From: a virus
DNA: 64,000 nt
Virus record (IMG/VR): IMGVR_UViG_3300021963_009993
Location: 32,001-96,000 of that record
Reading direction: 5' to 3' (one strand)
Shown here: positions 8,433 through 17,297 of the stretch, piece after piece
How the letters are laid out: each line of letters opens with the position of its first letter
Numbering within the stretch: the first letter of the stretch is position 1
Position numbers and translations under genes: made by a program
The notes under the pieces: generated by a model
Databases searched by the model: none
What the model was told of the DNA's origin: nothing
Seen by the model: only the letters and a program-made list of their open reading frames with translations

Positions 8433-8867
8433 TTGGAAACCCTATATGCCCTACTTGGGTCTATGGTGCATGATGGTATTAGGTCGATGTTCATGGTGAG
8501 CATCGAATGTGATGGGAGGTGGATGATGATGAATCGGATCGATAACGATGCTGCCCGTGAGGGTGCGTCACTCAATTGGCTTCGCCTCAATGGTCTTGTT
8601 GACGAGTCAATAACTCGTCATCTCAAGGCAAAAGCATTGTCTTCCAAGGACAAGCGCAAACGCCTGACGAGGGTGACCAAACGCTACATGGTCGAAACGA
8701 TTGCCCTCGACCTCGTCACCATCGGGCGGGTGATGGATGAGGTGATGATTGTTTCCGAAAAGCGGTTTGTTCGCCAAGAGTGGCGGGATTCCAAGGTCGA
8801 TTCCCTCATGCGGAAACTTCGCCCTTACCTGAAGCGGGTGATCACCATGAGGGCCAAACTGGCCTAG
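8433..8867 (+). CDS. Hypothetical basic protein (start uncertain)
   Basis: GC-rich ORF ending in TAG and followed by a terminator. Confidence 0.55.
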   Translation: METLYALLGSMVHDGIRSMFMVSIECDGRWMMMNRIDNDAAREGASLNWLRLNGLVDESITRHLKAKALSSKDKRKRLTRVTKRYMVETIALDLVTIGRVMDEVMIVSEKRFVRQEWRDSKVDSLMRKLRPYLKRVITMRAKLA

Positions 8868-8889
8868 CCTCGCAAAACCTAACCCAACG

Positions 8890-8923
8890 CCCCCGGATGG
8901 TTCACTCCATCCGGGGGTTTTTT
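8890..8923 (+). terminator. Intrinsic terminator
   Basis: CCCCCGGATGG-ttcact-CCATCCGGGGG then T6. Confidence 0.85.
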
Positions 8924-9272
8924 ATTTATCTCAATATATCTTTTGATATACACAAAACATTACTGATCTGGAGCTTGGTGGATAGGGTGAGGGGTTCGCA
9001 TAGCGATTGCGTTGTCGATTTTGGGCTTTAAATCGATTTAGATGGGTGAGGTAAGGGGATGGTAGCACCAAAGGCTCCAAATCGATTTAAAGCGATTTTA
9101 AACCCATTTAAAAAATATGGTATGAATATATCCACATATATCTACATCGACAAATTCCTAATAACACATATAGGTTGATATATTTGGATATACAAGTATA
9201 TCGGCAAATTGGAATTGGGCATTTGTACAACGAATAATTAATAGTGGATATGCGGAGTGTTAATTAATAATT

Positions 9273-9376
9273 ATCGCAAATAATTTATGAGTATTAAATA
9301 AAAAAGATTTAAGACTTATAAAATCGCAAATGATTTATGAGTATTAAATAAAAAAGAATTTAAGACTTACAAAATC
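9273..9376. repeat. ~50-bp AT-rich direct repeat x2
   Basis: ATCGCAAAT(A/G)ATTTATGAGTATTAAATAAAAAAGA(A)TTTAAGACTTA at 9273 and 9323. Confidence 0.85.
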
Positions 9377-9494
9377 TTTGATTCAATTTAAAATATAAGA
9401 TGAGTATTCATACTTTTTGATAATTATTATTTGTACAAATGGGTTCAAACCATTTAATAGTTTGCGTATAGTCAATTAATTGTTAGGTGTACAC

Positions 9495-9567
9495 AAAGAC
9501 CCCTGCGGGGTCTTTTCTTAAGAAAAATTAAGGGGGGCTTCGCCCCCTTTCCTTAATTTTTCTTAAG
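9495..9567. repeat. Tandem hairpins / long inverted repeat
   Basis: AAAGACCCC-tgc-GGGGTCTTT (9495-9515); CTTAAGAAAAATTAAGG (9517-9533) pairs with CCTTAATTTTTCTTAAG (9551-9567) around a G-run/TTC/C-run hairpin. Confidence 0.85.
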
Positions 9568-9692
9568 GTTCAATGATTTTTCGCTGTTTTTTCCATATTG
9601 TGTGTTGATTTTCCCTAGGTTTTTCCGATATTATTCAATAGGTGGCAATTCCATTCTTTTTGGAACCCGCCTCTGACGAAAGGATTCTTCCA

Positions 9693-10274
9693 ATGCAGAC
9701 CAACTTCTTCCCCGCCCGTCCCTTCACCGCCACCAGCAACAAGGATTCCGATCTCATCGTGAATCCCCGAAAGGTCTTGTCTGTCGCCCTGCGTCAGACT
9801 GCCAACGGTAGCTACGAGCGAGGTGGCGAGTGGGAAGGCACCGATGAGATCGCTGCCCGTGATGGGCAAGCCGACAACGACCTCCGCTTGTGGGGGGTTC
9901 ACCCCCGATCCCAAGTCCATTCCGTTGGGACAAGTGCCCAAGCTCGCCTCTACGCTGCCCAGATGGTTCGCAAGGAATCCCGCAAGGGCATGCGGAATCG
10001 TCGCCTCCGTGAGGTGCAAATCAACCTCAGCAACGCTGCGGATTGGATCTTTGTCCGCACCGAATTGAACCTTGATATCAAGGTTCTCACCAAGAGAATT
10101 GCGAAATTGCAGAGGAACTACCTCCGCAAAATCGATGTGGCTAACCCGACCACCCAGCACCAAATCGACCAAATTGCCCTCAAGGCAAAGTGGGAAGCAA
10201 GGATTGAAAAGGCCAAGGCGAGGATTGAGAAAATCACCTACGCTCTCAAGCAACTGAAAATCATCGGACTGTAA
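9693..10274 (+). CDS. Hypothetical basic protein with helical C-terminus
   Basis: AAAGGA RBS before ATG 9693; candidate promoter TTGATT-N18-TATTAT at 9605-9634; terminator downstream. Confidence 0.65.
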   Translation: MQTNFFPARPFTATSNKDSDLIVNPRKVLSVALRQTANGSYERGGEWEGTDEIAARDGQADNDLRLWGVHPRSQVHSVGTSAQARLYAAQMVRKESRKGMRNRRLREVQINLSNAADWIFVRTELNLDIKVLTKRIAKLQRNYLRKIDVANPTTQHQIDQIALKAKWEARIEKAKARIEKITYALKQLKIIGL

Positions 10275-10292
10275 AAGTCCTTTGATTCCCTA

Positions 10293-10327
10293 GGGGTGGT
10301 TGAGGAAACTCAACCACCCCTTTTTTT
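10293..10327 (+). terminator. Intrinsic terminator
   Basis: GGGGTGGTTGAG-gaaa-CTCAACCACCCC, 12-bp stem, then T7. Confidence 0.9.
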
Positions 10328-10593
10328 ATTTGATTAGATTAAATGGAGTTGGAATATATTTAATACCTTGTAAGTAGTTTGATAATTATTATTTGTACAC
10401 TTAAAAGATATTTGTTACAAAATTAGTATTTAATTATTGATCTTGCAAAAACTTTATACATTGTGGATAGGGGAGGGGGGTGATTGCCACCATGACTCCC
10501 TTTTATAACGAACCTTATTGAATTTTAAAAAACTTGTTACAAAATATGTAATTATTGATTTTAAACTACCCCCCCCTGAAACTGTAAGTAAAT

Positions 10594-10653
10594 AAAAAAA
10601 GCCGGACTTAAAAAAATCCGGCGGGGTAATTTTTTGTTATGGGAGGGGTTTTT
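10594..10653 (-). terminator. Conserved 3' element copy 1 with intrinsic terminator
   Basis: On -: AAAACCCCTCCCA...AAAAAATTACCCC-GCCGGA-tttttttaag-TCCGGC-T7; shared with 12354-12398 and 13639-13694. Confidence 0.75.
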
Positions 10654-10655
10654 GA

Positions 10656-12332
10656 TTACGATAGGGAGTTTTCAAGTTCTTGTTTATAGTTTATCTTGGC
10701 AGCCGCTTGTTGGAATGTATCATCGCCATATATTTTACCTTTTTGTAGAAGGTATCTAAGCATTTCTGGGTGGTTTTTTTCTACAGCAAAATCTAATGCA
10801 TGATCACTTATGGGTGCATGTTTTACATCTACCAAGTATTTTACCATATCGTAATCTCCATTGTATACTGCATTTTCAACTGCTCCAGAATCTATGGGGG
10901 CTTTTTTTTCATCAATTAAATATTTAACAAGTTCTAAGTTTCTAGAAATTGCTGCAAAATTAACTGCGCCACCTGGTATTTTTATTTTTTTTATTTCGAT
11001 TAAATATTTTACAAGATCTATATCGCCTGATTGTATTGCGTGTACCAGAGTATCATCTCCAATTTTAGCACCTTTATCGATCAAATATTTTATGATTTCT
11101 AGGTTGTTAGTATAAAGTGCTGCATTTTGAACTGCGTTTCCAATCTCGGCACCTTTATCGATCAAATATTTTATGATTTCGGAATTATTATCAACTTGTA
11201 CAGCGTCTTCAACTGCGTTTGGTATTTGTGCTAATTTATCTTTTTGTTGATCGTTTAGTAAATCCCATTCTTTTTTGTTTATATTAAAATCGTTTTGTAA
11301 AGCAATTAATCTATTGTGAATATAGTTATTTTTTAAATCTTTATTGGTAGAAATTTTATCAATTTGGTAATCATTTAGTTGTAATCCGGTTTTGACATAT
11401 TGTTCTAACGAGCTATTAAACTTATTGTGCCAAAGAAAATTAAATTGCTGGTCTGTGAGTTTGTGTCCTCTACCTATATAGTTGGATTTTTCTTGTGGGG
11501 ACAAAGAAGTGAACCAGTTTAAGTCTTGATTGGTAGTTCCGAGTTTTTTATCTTCATCAAGTTCTTCTTGTGTTTTTGGCAAATTCTTGAATATATTTGT
11601 ATTTATTCCTTTAGATTTTAGGTAGTCCATGTAAATTTGTGGATCTTTATCTCTTTGGCTTGGATTATCTGGGTTTTGTATTTTGCCTGTTGTATTAATT
11701 CTATCGGTAAGTTCTAGACCGTTTATTGAAGCATCAACAACTACTATTGATAGATTGTCTTGTCGAGAATCATCATAAACAAAATAGAATGTACTGCCTT
11801 TGGTATCTCTGTAGGATTTCCACATGGTATTTCCGGGTTGGGAAATGCAGAAGGATTGACCTTTGCCGAGAATGATGCATTGGTTTGGGGAGTTAGACTG
11901 GTAGACTTTGATTAGTCCATCTGGGCTTGTGGCTATTGGTTTTTCATTTTGGAAATCGATATCTGATGGTTTGAATTTTTTAGCTTGTTTAGCTTTTTCT
12001 TCTCCTTGGTGTCCGTCAATGATTTGAGTCCAATTGAGGTATTTATCGAAAGGTGCGTCTGGTTTTTTGGTAGTTAGATTTACCTTAATCAGAGGCATTT
12101 TATTATTTTTAGTTAGTTGGATATAATTTTGAATATATTCTTTTGTTTGGTTGATGTTTTTGGATTGGGACAAGTAATAAGCAGCCAAGAGTATTAAAGG
12201 GTCGGATTCTTTTTGGTTTTGTGGGATGACCCTATTAAGTTCGTTGTAATTCTCTTGGTTGCCAGCTAGTTCTAGTGCTAGGGTTTTTTCTTCTTTAGAT
12301 TCTGTGATGATAAACCATTCTTTGAAGTTCAT
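10656..12332 (-). CDS. Tagged putative internal-head protein with C-terminal ankyrin-like repeats
   Basis: Starts MNFKEWFIITE; repeated NLEIIKYLIDKGA / DIDLVKYLIE / NLELVKYLIDE units. Confidence 0.75.
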   Translation of the reverse strand: MNFKEWFIITESKEEKTLALELAGNQENYNELNRVIPQNQKESDPLILLAAYYLSQSKNINQTKEYIQNYIQLTKNNKMPLIKVNLTTKKPDAPFDKYLNWTQIIDGHQGEEKAKQAKKFKPSDIDFQNEKPIATSPDGLIKVYQSNSPNQCIILGKGQSFCISQPGNTMWKSYRDTKGSTFYFVYDDSRQDNLSIVVVDASINGLELTDRINTTGKIQNPDNPSQRDKDPQIYMDYLKSKGINTNIFKNLPKTQEELDEDKKLGTTNQDLNWFTSLSPQEKSNYIGRGHKLTDQQFNFLWHNKFNSSLEQYVKTGLQLNDYQIDKISTNKDLKNNYIHNRLIALQNDFNINKKEWDLLNDQQKDKLAQIPNAVEDAVQVDNNSEIIKYLIDKGAEIGNAVQNAALYTNNLEIIKYLIDKGAKIGDDTLVHAIQSGDIDLVKYLIEIKKIKIPGGAVNFAAISRNLELVKYLIDEKKAPIDSGAVENAVYNGDYDMVKYLVDVKHAPISDHALDFAVEKNHPEMLRYLLQKGKIYGDDTFQQAAAKINYKQELENSLS

Positions 12333-12338
12333 AATGAA

Positions 12339-12346
12339 TATTTATG
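12339..12346 (-). promoter_or_regulatory. T4-late-type promoter CATAAATA, 6 nt before the ATG
   Basis: CATAAATA-ttcatt-ATG on -; identical context at 14394-14401. Confidence 0.55.
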
Positions 12347-12353
12347 TATTATT

Positions 12354-12398
12354 TAAAAAAATCCGGCGGGGTAATTTTTTTATATGGGAGGGGTTTTA
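12354..12398 (-). repeat. Conserved 3' element copy 2 (terminator right arm missing)
   Basis: TAAAAAAATCCGGCGGGGTAATTTTTTT...ATGGGAGGGGTTTTA on +; overlaps the stop codon of 12396..13589. Confidence 0.85.
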
Positions 12399-13589
12399 GT
12401 AATCATCATCAAAAACAAATGGATTTTCTTCTCTTATTTTTGCGAAATGGCTTTCTATATCACCAACATAATTTGATTCTTCTTCTGGTTCTTTTACCTT
12501 GGCTTGTGGAATTAAAGACTTCAATATATTTTTTGCTTCCTCATCGATGGAGTGACCAAGAAGTTCATTCAATTCATCTCGATTTAGGTTTTTAAGTTTT
12601 TCTTTACCTAAAGTCTTAATAAATTTTGAGATGTTTCCTGATCTGTTCCATAGAGAATTAATGATTGATTGGATCATTTTACTGGTGGGATTCATTTCAT
12701 CAGCTATGACTAGAGATATTTCTTCTATATTGTTAATGTTAAAAAGTACATCCCATATATTGCCATCATTTATAACATATGGATTTTTTCTTATAATTGT
12801 TTTTAGGACATCATCTGGATTTTTTGCTGCTTGAAGTATTTTTCCAATATCCACTTCACGCTTTAAAAAGTAATTTACAAGATTTTTATTGGATAAGTTT
12901 TGTAATTGGTATGTGCCCAAACGAGTACTATCTGAGTTTGGTAGTTCGTAAAGAACATTGATAACAGATGGGTTGATGACAAGTGTTTGTTCAGGTTCGT
13001 TAGGATGAATCATTTCAGTATTATAATCTTTAAAGCCATCTATGTTGCAGTTTCTTAAGTATTTTGTCCATAGCCATGTATTTCCTTTGGACATTTCTTG
13101 GGTGATGAGCCAGAGCATGGAATAATCGCTGCGTAATTCCAAATTTTTTCTAGGAGATTTTAATTTTCCAATTACATTTTTTTTGGCATCAGCTACCATA
13201 TCGGCTGGAAATCTGTTTAGGCAATCCAGACCTTTTTGGTCTGAAATATTGGGATCAACTGATATAATGTTGGCATTATCTTTGAATTTAACAACATAAA
13301 TGTAAGGGTTTTCCATAGCAAAGTTTGCACCCGGACCACCTGAAATTTTATTAGCGACATGGCTTAGGGGATAAAAATAAATACCGCCGGGAGTATCATG
13401 GTTGTTTTTAGGATTGATACCTAATTTGGGGATAGTTCTGTATGATACAAACAATTCATGCCTATCTGGCCTAGTATCCCACAGGTATAGCAATGCTTGT
13501 TTTCCAGAAGAAAATGTTTTGCCATCAATGGTAATTTTATTATATTTTGTACTACCTTCATTAAGTAGCCATTGTTTAAATGATTGCAT
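12396..13589 (-). CDS. Tagged protein, probable ADP-ribosyltransferase-like fold
   Basis: Starts MQSFKQWLLNE; LGINPK...TPGGIYFYPL and GFKD...IHPNEPEQTLVINP (ExE-like). Confidence 0.5.
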   Translation of the reverse strand: MQSFKQWLLNEGSTKYNKITIDGKTFSSGKQALLYLWDTRPDRHELFVSYRTIPKLGINPKNNHDTPGGIYFYPLSHVANKISGGPGANFAMENPYIYVVKFKDNANIISVDPNISDQKGLDCLNRFPADMVADAKKNVIGKLKSPRKNLELRSDYSMLWLITQEMSKGNTWLWTKYLRNCNIDGFKDYNTEMIHPNEPEQTLVINPSVINVLYELPNSDSTRLGTYQLQNLSNKNLVNYFLKREVDIGKILQAAKNPDDVLKTIIRKNPYVINDGNIWDVLFNINNIEEISLVIADEMNPTSKMIQSIINSLWNRSGNISKFIKTLGKEKLKNLNRDELNELLGHSIDEEAKNILKSLIPQAKVKEPEEESNYVGDIESHFAKIREENPFVFDDDY

Positions 13590-13638
13590 GGATTTTATAT
13601 ATCATCAATTTTAATCAATTATTTTATAATAAGTAAAT

Positions 13639-13694
13639 AAAAGCTGGATTAAAAAAATCCTGCGGGGTAATTTTTTGGTGTGGGAGGGGTTTTA
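13639..13694 (-). repeat. Conserved 3' element copy 3 with imperfect terminator
   Basis: AAAAGCTGGATTAAAAAAATCCTGCGGGGTAATTTTTTGGTGTGGGAGGGGTTTTA on +; overlaps the stop codon of 13692..14387. Confidence 0.8.
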
Positions 13695-14387
13695 TTTGTA
13701 TATTAATTTCCCAATGGATTCCAAGTGTTTGATGGTTGAAGGTTGTTTTTGGTATACAAGAAATACGGTTGGGTATCTATCTTTATGATCATTTTTGTCC
13801 ATTTGTTGCAAATATGATAATTCTCTAACTTGTCTTTTTATCCATTTTTTATATTCTTCAGTATTTTCTGGTGGAGGTGGTGTGATATAAGGATCTAGTC
13901 TATCATTTTTTATATTATTTGAAATGATTTGATCGTTAATTTCTTGTGTAGTTTTATTAGTTTTGATCCAAGTTTCTATTGGTATGGCGATAACATCATG
14001 TCTATTTTTGAATATTGAGTTCCAAAGTCTATAGGCATTTGAGCTTGTGTCATCTTCATTTATGGAGGCGCATGGCATAACACCTTGTTTATTTTGTGTT
14101 GCTAGTTCTAATGCTATTTCGTATAGTGTGGTTCCTATTTTTTTGTTTCTTAGTTGTGGTTCTAGCCAAGCGTTATTGATGCAGGTTGGATTAATATCGG
14201 TTCTGAATTCAACATTTCCTAGTGGTTTTGGTTTTCCGTTTTCATATAGATCTGGTTGTTTTGTAGAATCGAAGAGGTTTATTGTTGTAATATCTTTTCC
14301 ATCCTCGTTTTTTTCTTTAGTTACGACGAACTGAAAGTTATCGAGTGTATCGTATTGTTGTTTAGACAGCCATTCTTTGAATTTCAT
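13692..14387 (-). CDS. Tagged GNAT-like acetyltransferase
   Basis: Starts MKFKEWLS; NAWLEPQLRNKKIGTTLYEIALE (motif A-like) and TSSNAYRLW. Confidence 0.65.
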   Translation of the reverse strand: MKFKEWLSKQQYDTLDNFQFVVTKEKNEDGKDITTINLFDSTKQPDLYENGKPKPLGNVEFRTDINPTCINNAWLEPQLRNKKIGTTLYEIALELATQNKQGVMPCASINEDDTSSNAYRLWNSIFKNRHDVIAIPIETWIKTNKTTQEINDQIISNNIKNDRLDPYITPPPPENTEEYKKWIKRQVRELSYLQQMDKNDHKDRYPTVFLVYQKQPSTIKHLESIGKLIYK

Positions 14388-14431
14388 AATGAATATTTAT
14401 GTATTATTTAAGAAAATATGGTTGCTAGTTT

Positions 14432-15682
14432 TTATTCCTTTACTTCAATATCTACATCTTGAGGTACTATGGTATTGGCGAAATCTACATAAACTGATTT
14501 TTCGCTTGGGCTCTTTAGTTCTCTTCCGTCTGGGAATGTTACGGCATGGAATGTAGTTGGGAACTGGTAGAATAGATTTCCCAAGACACTTTCTTTGAGT
14601 ACGGATTTTTGGCGAACGCTTAAGGAGCTATTATCGGTAAATTTGATTAACAAATCGGCCCAGATGGAAGGGCCATCGACGGAAACATATTTTGGTATCA
14701 TATCGAAATCTGCGCCGTGTAGAGTTTTCTTTGCTTGGACAATTGGACCCAATTTGGAAACAATTCTGTGCATGAAAGCAATTTTGATTCCATTGAATAT
14801 TCTTTTAATTTCCTTTTTGGTTTCTTGTTCGGATTTTCCAACGATGTATTTGTACCATGTTTGTTTTTTGGCATCATCGGGATTTATTTTGCCATCTGAA
14901 AGAAGTTTATAATTATTGAGCCATAGATTGTATTTTTCTTCCGTGAATTTTTCTTCCAAGGAGGAGAGCATTTCTTCCAATTTTTGTGTAAGTTTTACAA
15001 GTGTATTTGCATCACCTATTCTATTTGCTTCGGCACTTGCTTGAACTTTTATTTCTTCCTTTTCTCTTGCTTTATCTTCTTTCTTTTGTGTTTTAATTTC
15101 TGTGTTAGCTTTATCTATTTTGGGTAATAATATTTTGAAGTCATGTATAGCTTTGTTGATGATATAGGCTGGTTTTCTTTCTTTTCCCATGCCCATAAAT
15201 GATTTCACATTTGTTTTAACGCCATTGATTTCGACTTCTCTTACGAGGTTTCCTGTTTGAATAAGTTTTTTAATATCTTCAAGTTTTTCTGGGTAGATAT
15301 AATCTGTTGCTTTTGTTGTGTTCAATAGATTGACTGCTTTTTCTATTTCATCGAAAAGTTTTTGATTTTCCGTATCCCCTTCTGGTGGTTTTGGCATTAT
15401 ATTTTTCCAAGTGCCGTATGGTAAAAATTTTATATCGTATGGAGAAGTGCTATTGAGGTTTATAAAATCCTGCATTTTCAAATCGCCAAGTTTGTTTCTT
15501 GCTACTCTTATTGCGCTGGCTGCTTTTTGAGCCCATCTTTTAGTTGGATTCATTTTATCGAAGCTTGATTCGATATAATCCAAATCTGCCAACAAGTCAG
15601 TCATATCATTTTTGAGTTGATTGACATCAGATTTTTCGGAATTTTCTTCGTTTACAAGAAGCCAATTTTTAAAATTTAGCAT
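14432..15682 (-). CDS. Tagged protein, paralog of 22492..23952
   Basis: Starts MLNFKNWLLVNE; C-terminal FYQFPTTFHAVTFPDGRELKSPSEKSVYVDFA. Confidence 0.75.
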   Translation of the reverse strand: MLNFKNWLLVNEENSEKSDVNQLKNDMTDLLADLDYIESSFDKMNPTKRWAQKAASAIRVARNKLGDLKMQDFINLNSTSPYDIKFLPYGTWKNIMPKPPEGDTENQKLFDEIEKAVNLLNTTKATDYIYPEKLEDIKKLIQTGNLVREVEINGVKTNVKSFMGMGKERKPAYIINKAIHDFKILLPKIDKANTEIKTQKKEDKAREKEEIKVQASAEANRIGDANTLVKLTQKLEEMLSSLEEKFTEEKYNLWLNNYKLLSDGKINPDDAKKQTWYKYIVGKSEQETKKEIKRIFNGIKIAFMHRIVSKLGPIVQAKKTLHGADFDMIPKYVSVDGPSIWADLLIKFTDNSSLSVRQKSVLKESVLGNLFYQFPTTFHAVTFPDGRELKSPSEKSVYVDFANTIVPQDVDIEVKE

Positions 15683-15750
15683 ATAATATCCTAAAATAAT
15701 TTATTTTTTATATTTATGTTTATGTTTTATATTTATTTTAGCGATATGGA

Positions 15751-17154
15751 TTATTTATATTGGATCATATCATTCAATACTGATGTCAATTCTTGGGTTT
15801 GTTCTGGTGTCAATTGGATGAGTGGTTTATCGTTGATTGTGATGGTATTTCCTTTGAGTTTAACGGTTTCAGATCCGTTGGTTAATTGTTTATTGACATT
15901 GAAGTATTTTGCGGTAACTTCTCTTGCTTTTTTTCTCCAATCAATTCTTGGTGGTGCTGTGCCGAAGATAGGAGTTTCTGTTGATTCAGATTTAATTCCT
16001 GTCAATTGTTGCATTTGTTGAGGATTAAGAGTTAATGTATAGTCGCCTCTTGATCCGTGGAATTTTAATTGTCTTCCTACTAAATCTAAGTTTATTTTGC
16101 CTAGGACATAAGATTTGATTTGTTTTGGTTGCTGGCTAGCGTCACCGACAAGCAAACAGTAATCACCGCCTTTTGTCTGTACGCAGAATTTGTCGCCTGA
16201 ATTGAGCGGGGTTTTGTTGTTTGGTGTTAGTTGTTTACCATTGAGTGTAAATGTGTTTCTTTTTGTTTTGACAACTGCATACCATTGTTTTTCATCGAGG
16301 TATGTGAAGGTGATGGGTGGATCGTTTTTATCGATGATTGCTGATCTTAGTTCTCCGGGCCATTTTAATGTTATTGAATCATGAACAAATCTTGTTGGTG
16401 ATAGTTTGAAAGTTCTTGGTTCGTTTGCAAAATTGATTGGGTTCATAACTAGCGGAGGTGCTTTAATCACCTTATCAGATATATCTCTGCCTGAAATCTT
16501 GGCTTGGTAAAGGCTTTTGACGCTGGTTCCTTTCATGGTATTTTTCCATTCAAGGTTATTGATTGTAGATGGATCAAGATTAATGTTATCACTTTCCGCA
16601 TAACCAAGGAATTTTACACCATCTTCGACTGGGGGGTATTTAAGGATACAAAGCCCGAATCTTGGTCCTGATAGACCCATGTCCATGTAGATGGCACCTT
16701 TTAAATTTTTCTCACACCAGTTTTTATAATTTCCTAAAAAACTGTCGTTCATATTTTTATCGTAATCATTTAGTTTTTCTTGCCAATCCGGTCCGGCTTC
16801 TTTTTTCCAACTCTCTAGAACCTTGAGTTTTTTGAGTTGGCTGCTGACTAGGTAATCTGGGCCGTGCATTTTCATCGCTTCATTTTTTGAGAGGACAAGG
16901 AAGTTTTCTAGTCCTGATATTTTCCATTTTGTAATATATCTGCCATAGTCTTCTGCATGTGAAGTGAATTGCGACTCTAGGTTTACCATAGTGTATAGAC
17001 CGCATCCGAGGGCGCATCCACCGGATTTACCTGCTTCAAATATTTGCGATATGAGAGATGATACGGTTCCTAGGTCTGTAGTTCTGTGGTAAACGACAGC
17101 GGTGTTGTTTTGCAGATATAGTTCTTCAGTAAGTAGCCATTGTGAAAAGTTCAT
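15751..17154 (-). CDS. Tagged protein: ART-like N-terminal domain plus FHA-like domain
   Basis: Starts MNFSQWLLTE; VVYHRT...LGCGLYT...YGRYITKWKI; FHA-like TFTLNGKQLTPNNKTPLNSGDKFCV. Confidence 0.5.
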   Translation of the reverse strand: MNFSQWLLTEELYLQNNTAVVYHRTTDLGTVSSLISQIFEAGKSGGCALGCGLYTMVNLESQFTSHAEDYGRYITKWKISGLENFLVLSKNEAMKMHGPDYLVSSQLKKLKVLESWKKEAGPDWQEKLNDYDKNMNDSFLGNYKNWCEKNLKGAIYMDMGLSGPRFGLCILKYPPVEDGVKFLGYAESDNINLDPSTINNLEWKNTMKGTSVKSLYQAKISGRDISDKVIKAPPLVMNPINFANEPRTFKLSPTRFVHDSITLKWPGELRSAIIDKNDPPITFTYLDEKQWYAVVKTKRNTFTLNGKQLTPNNKTPLNSGDKFCVQTKGGDYCLLVGDASQQPKQIKSYVLGKINLDLVGRQLKFHGSRGDYTLTLNPQQMQQLTGIKSESTETPIFGTAPPRIDWRKKAREVTAKYFNVNKQLTNGSETVKLKGNTITINDKPLIQLTPEQTQELTSVLNDMIQYK

Positions 17155-17160
17155 AATGTA

Positions 17161-17168
17161 TATTTATA
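17161..17168 (-). promoter_or_regulatory. T4 late consensus TATAAATA, 6 nt before the ATG
   Basis: TATAAATA-tacatt-ATG on -. Confidence 0.6.
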
Positions 17169-17189
17169 ATTTAAAAAATAGTTTTTAAT

Positions 17190-17272
17190 TGGTGAGAGAG
17201 GGATTCGAACCCCCGAAGGCATAAGCCGTCAGATTTACAGTCTGATCCAATTGTCCACTCTGGCATCTCACC
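17190..17272 (-). tRNA. tRNA-Tyr(GUA), type II, CCA not encoded
   Basis: Acceptor GGTGAGA/TCTCACC plus discriminator A; anticodon arm TCAGA-CTGTAAA-TCTGA; long variable arm; T-loop GTTCGAATC; followed by ATT rather than CCA. Confidence 0.92.
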
Positions 17273-17297
17273 ATGATTTTAATTGAGTGGAATTAGT

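Noticed and set aside
10275-10655. Chimeric contig at the GC break
   Set aside because: The same TTG-N17-(T/A)ACACTAG promoter class occurs on both sides (573, 4901, 20103), and a 22-bp repeat reaches 10399. Not fully excluded without reads.
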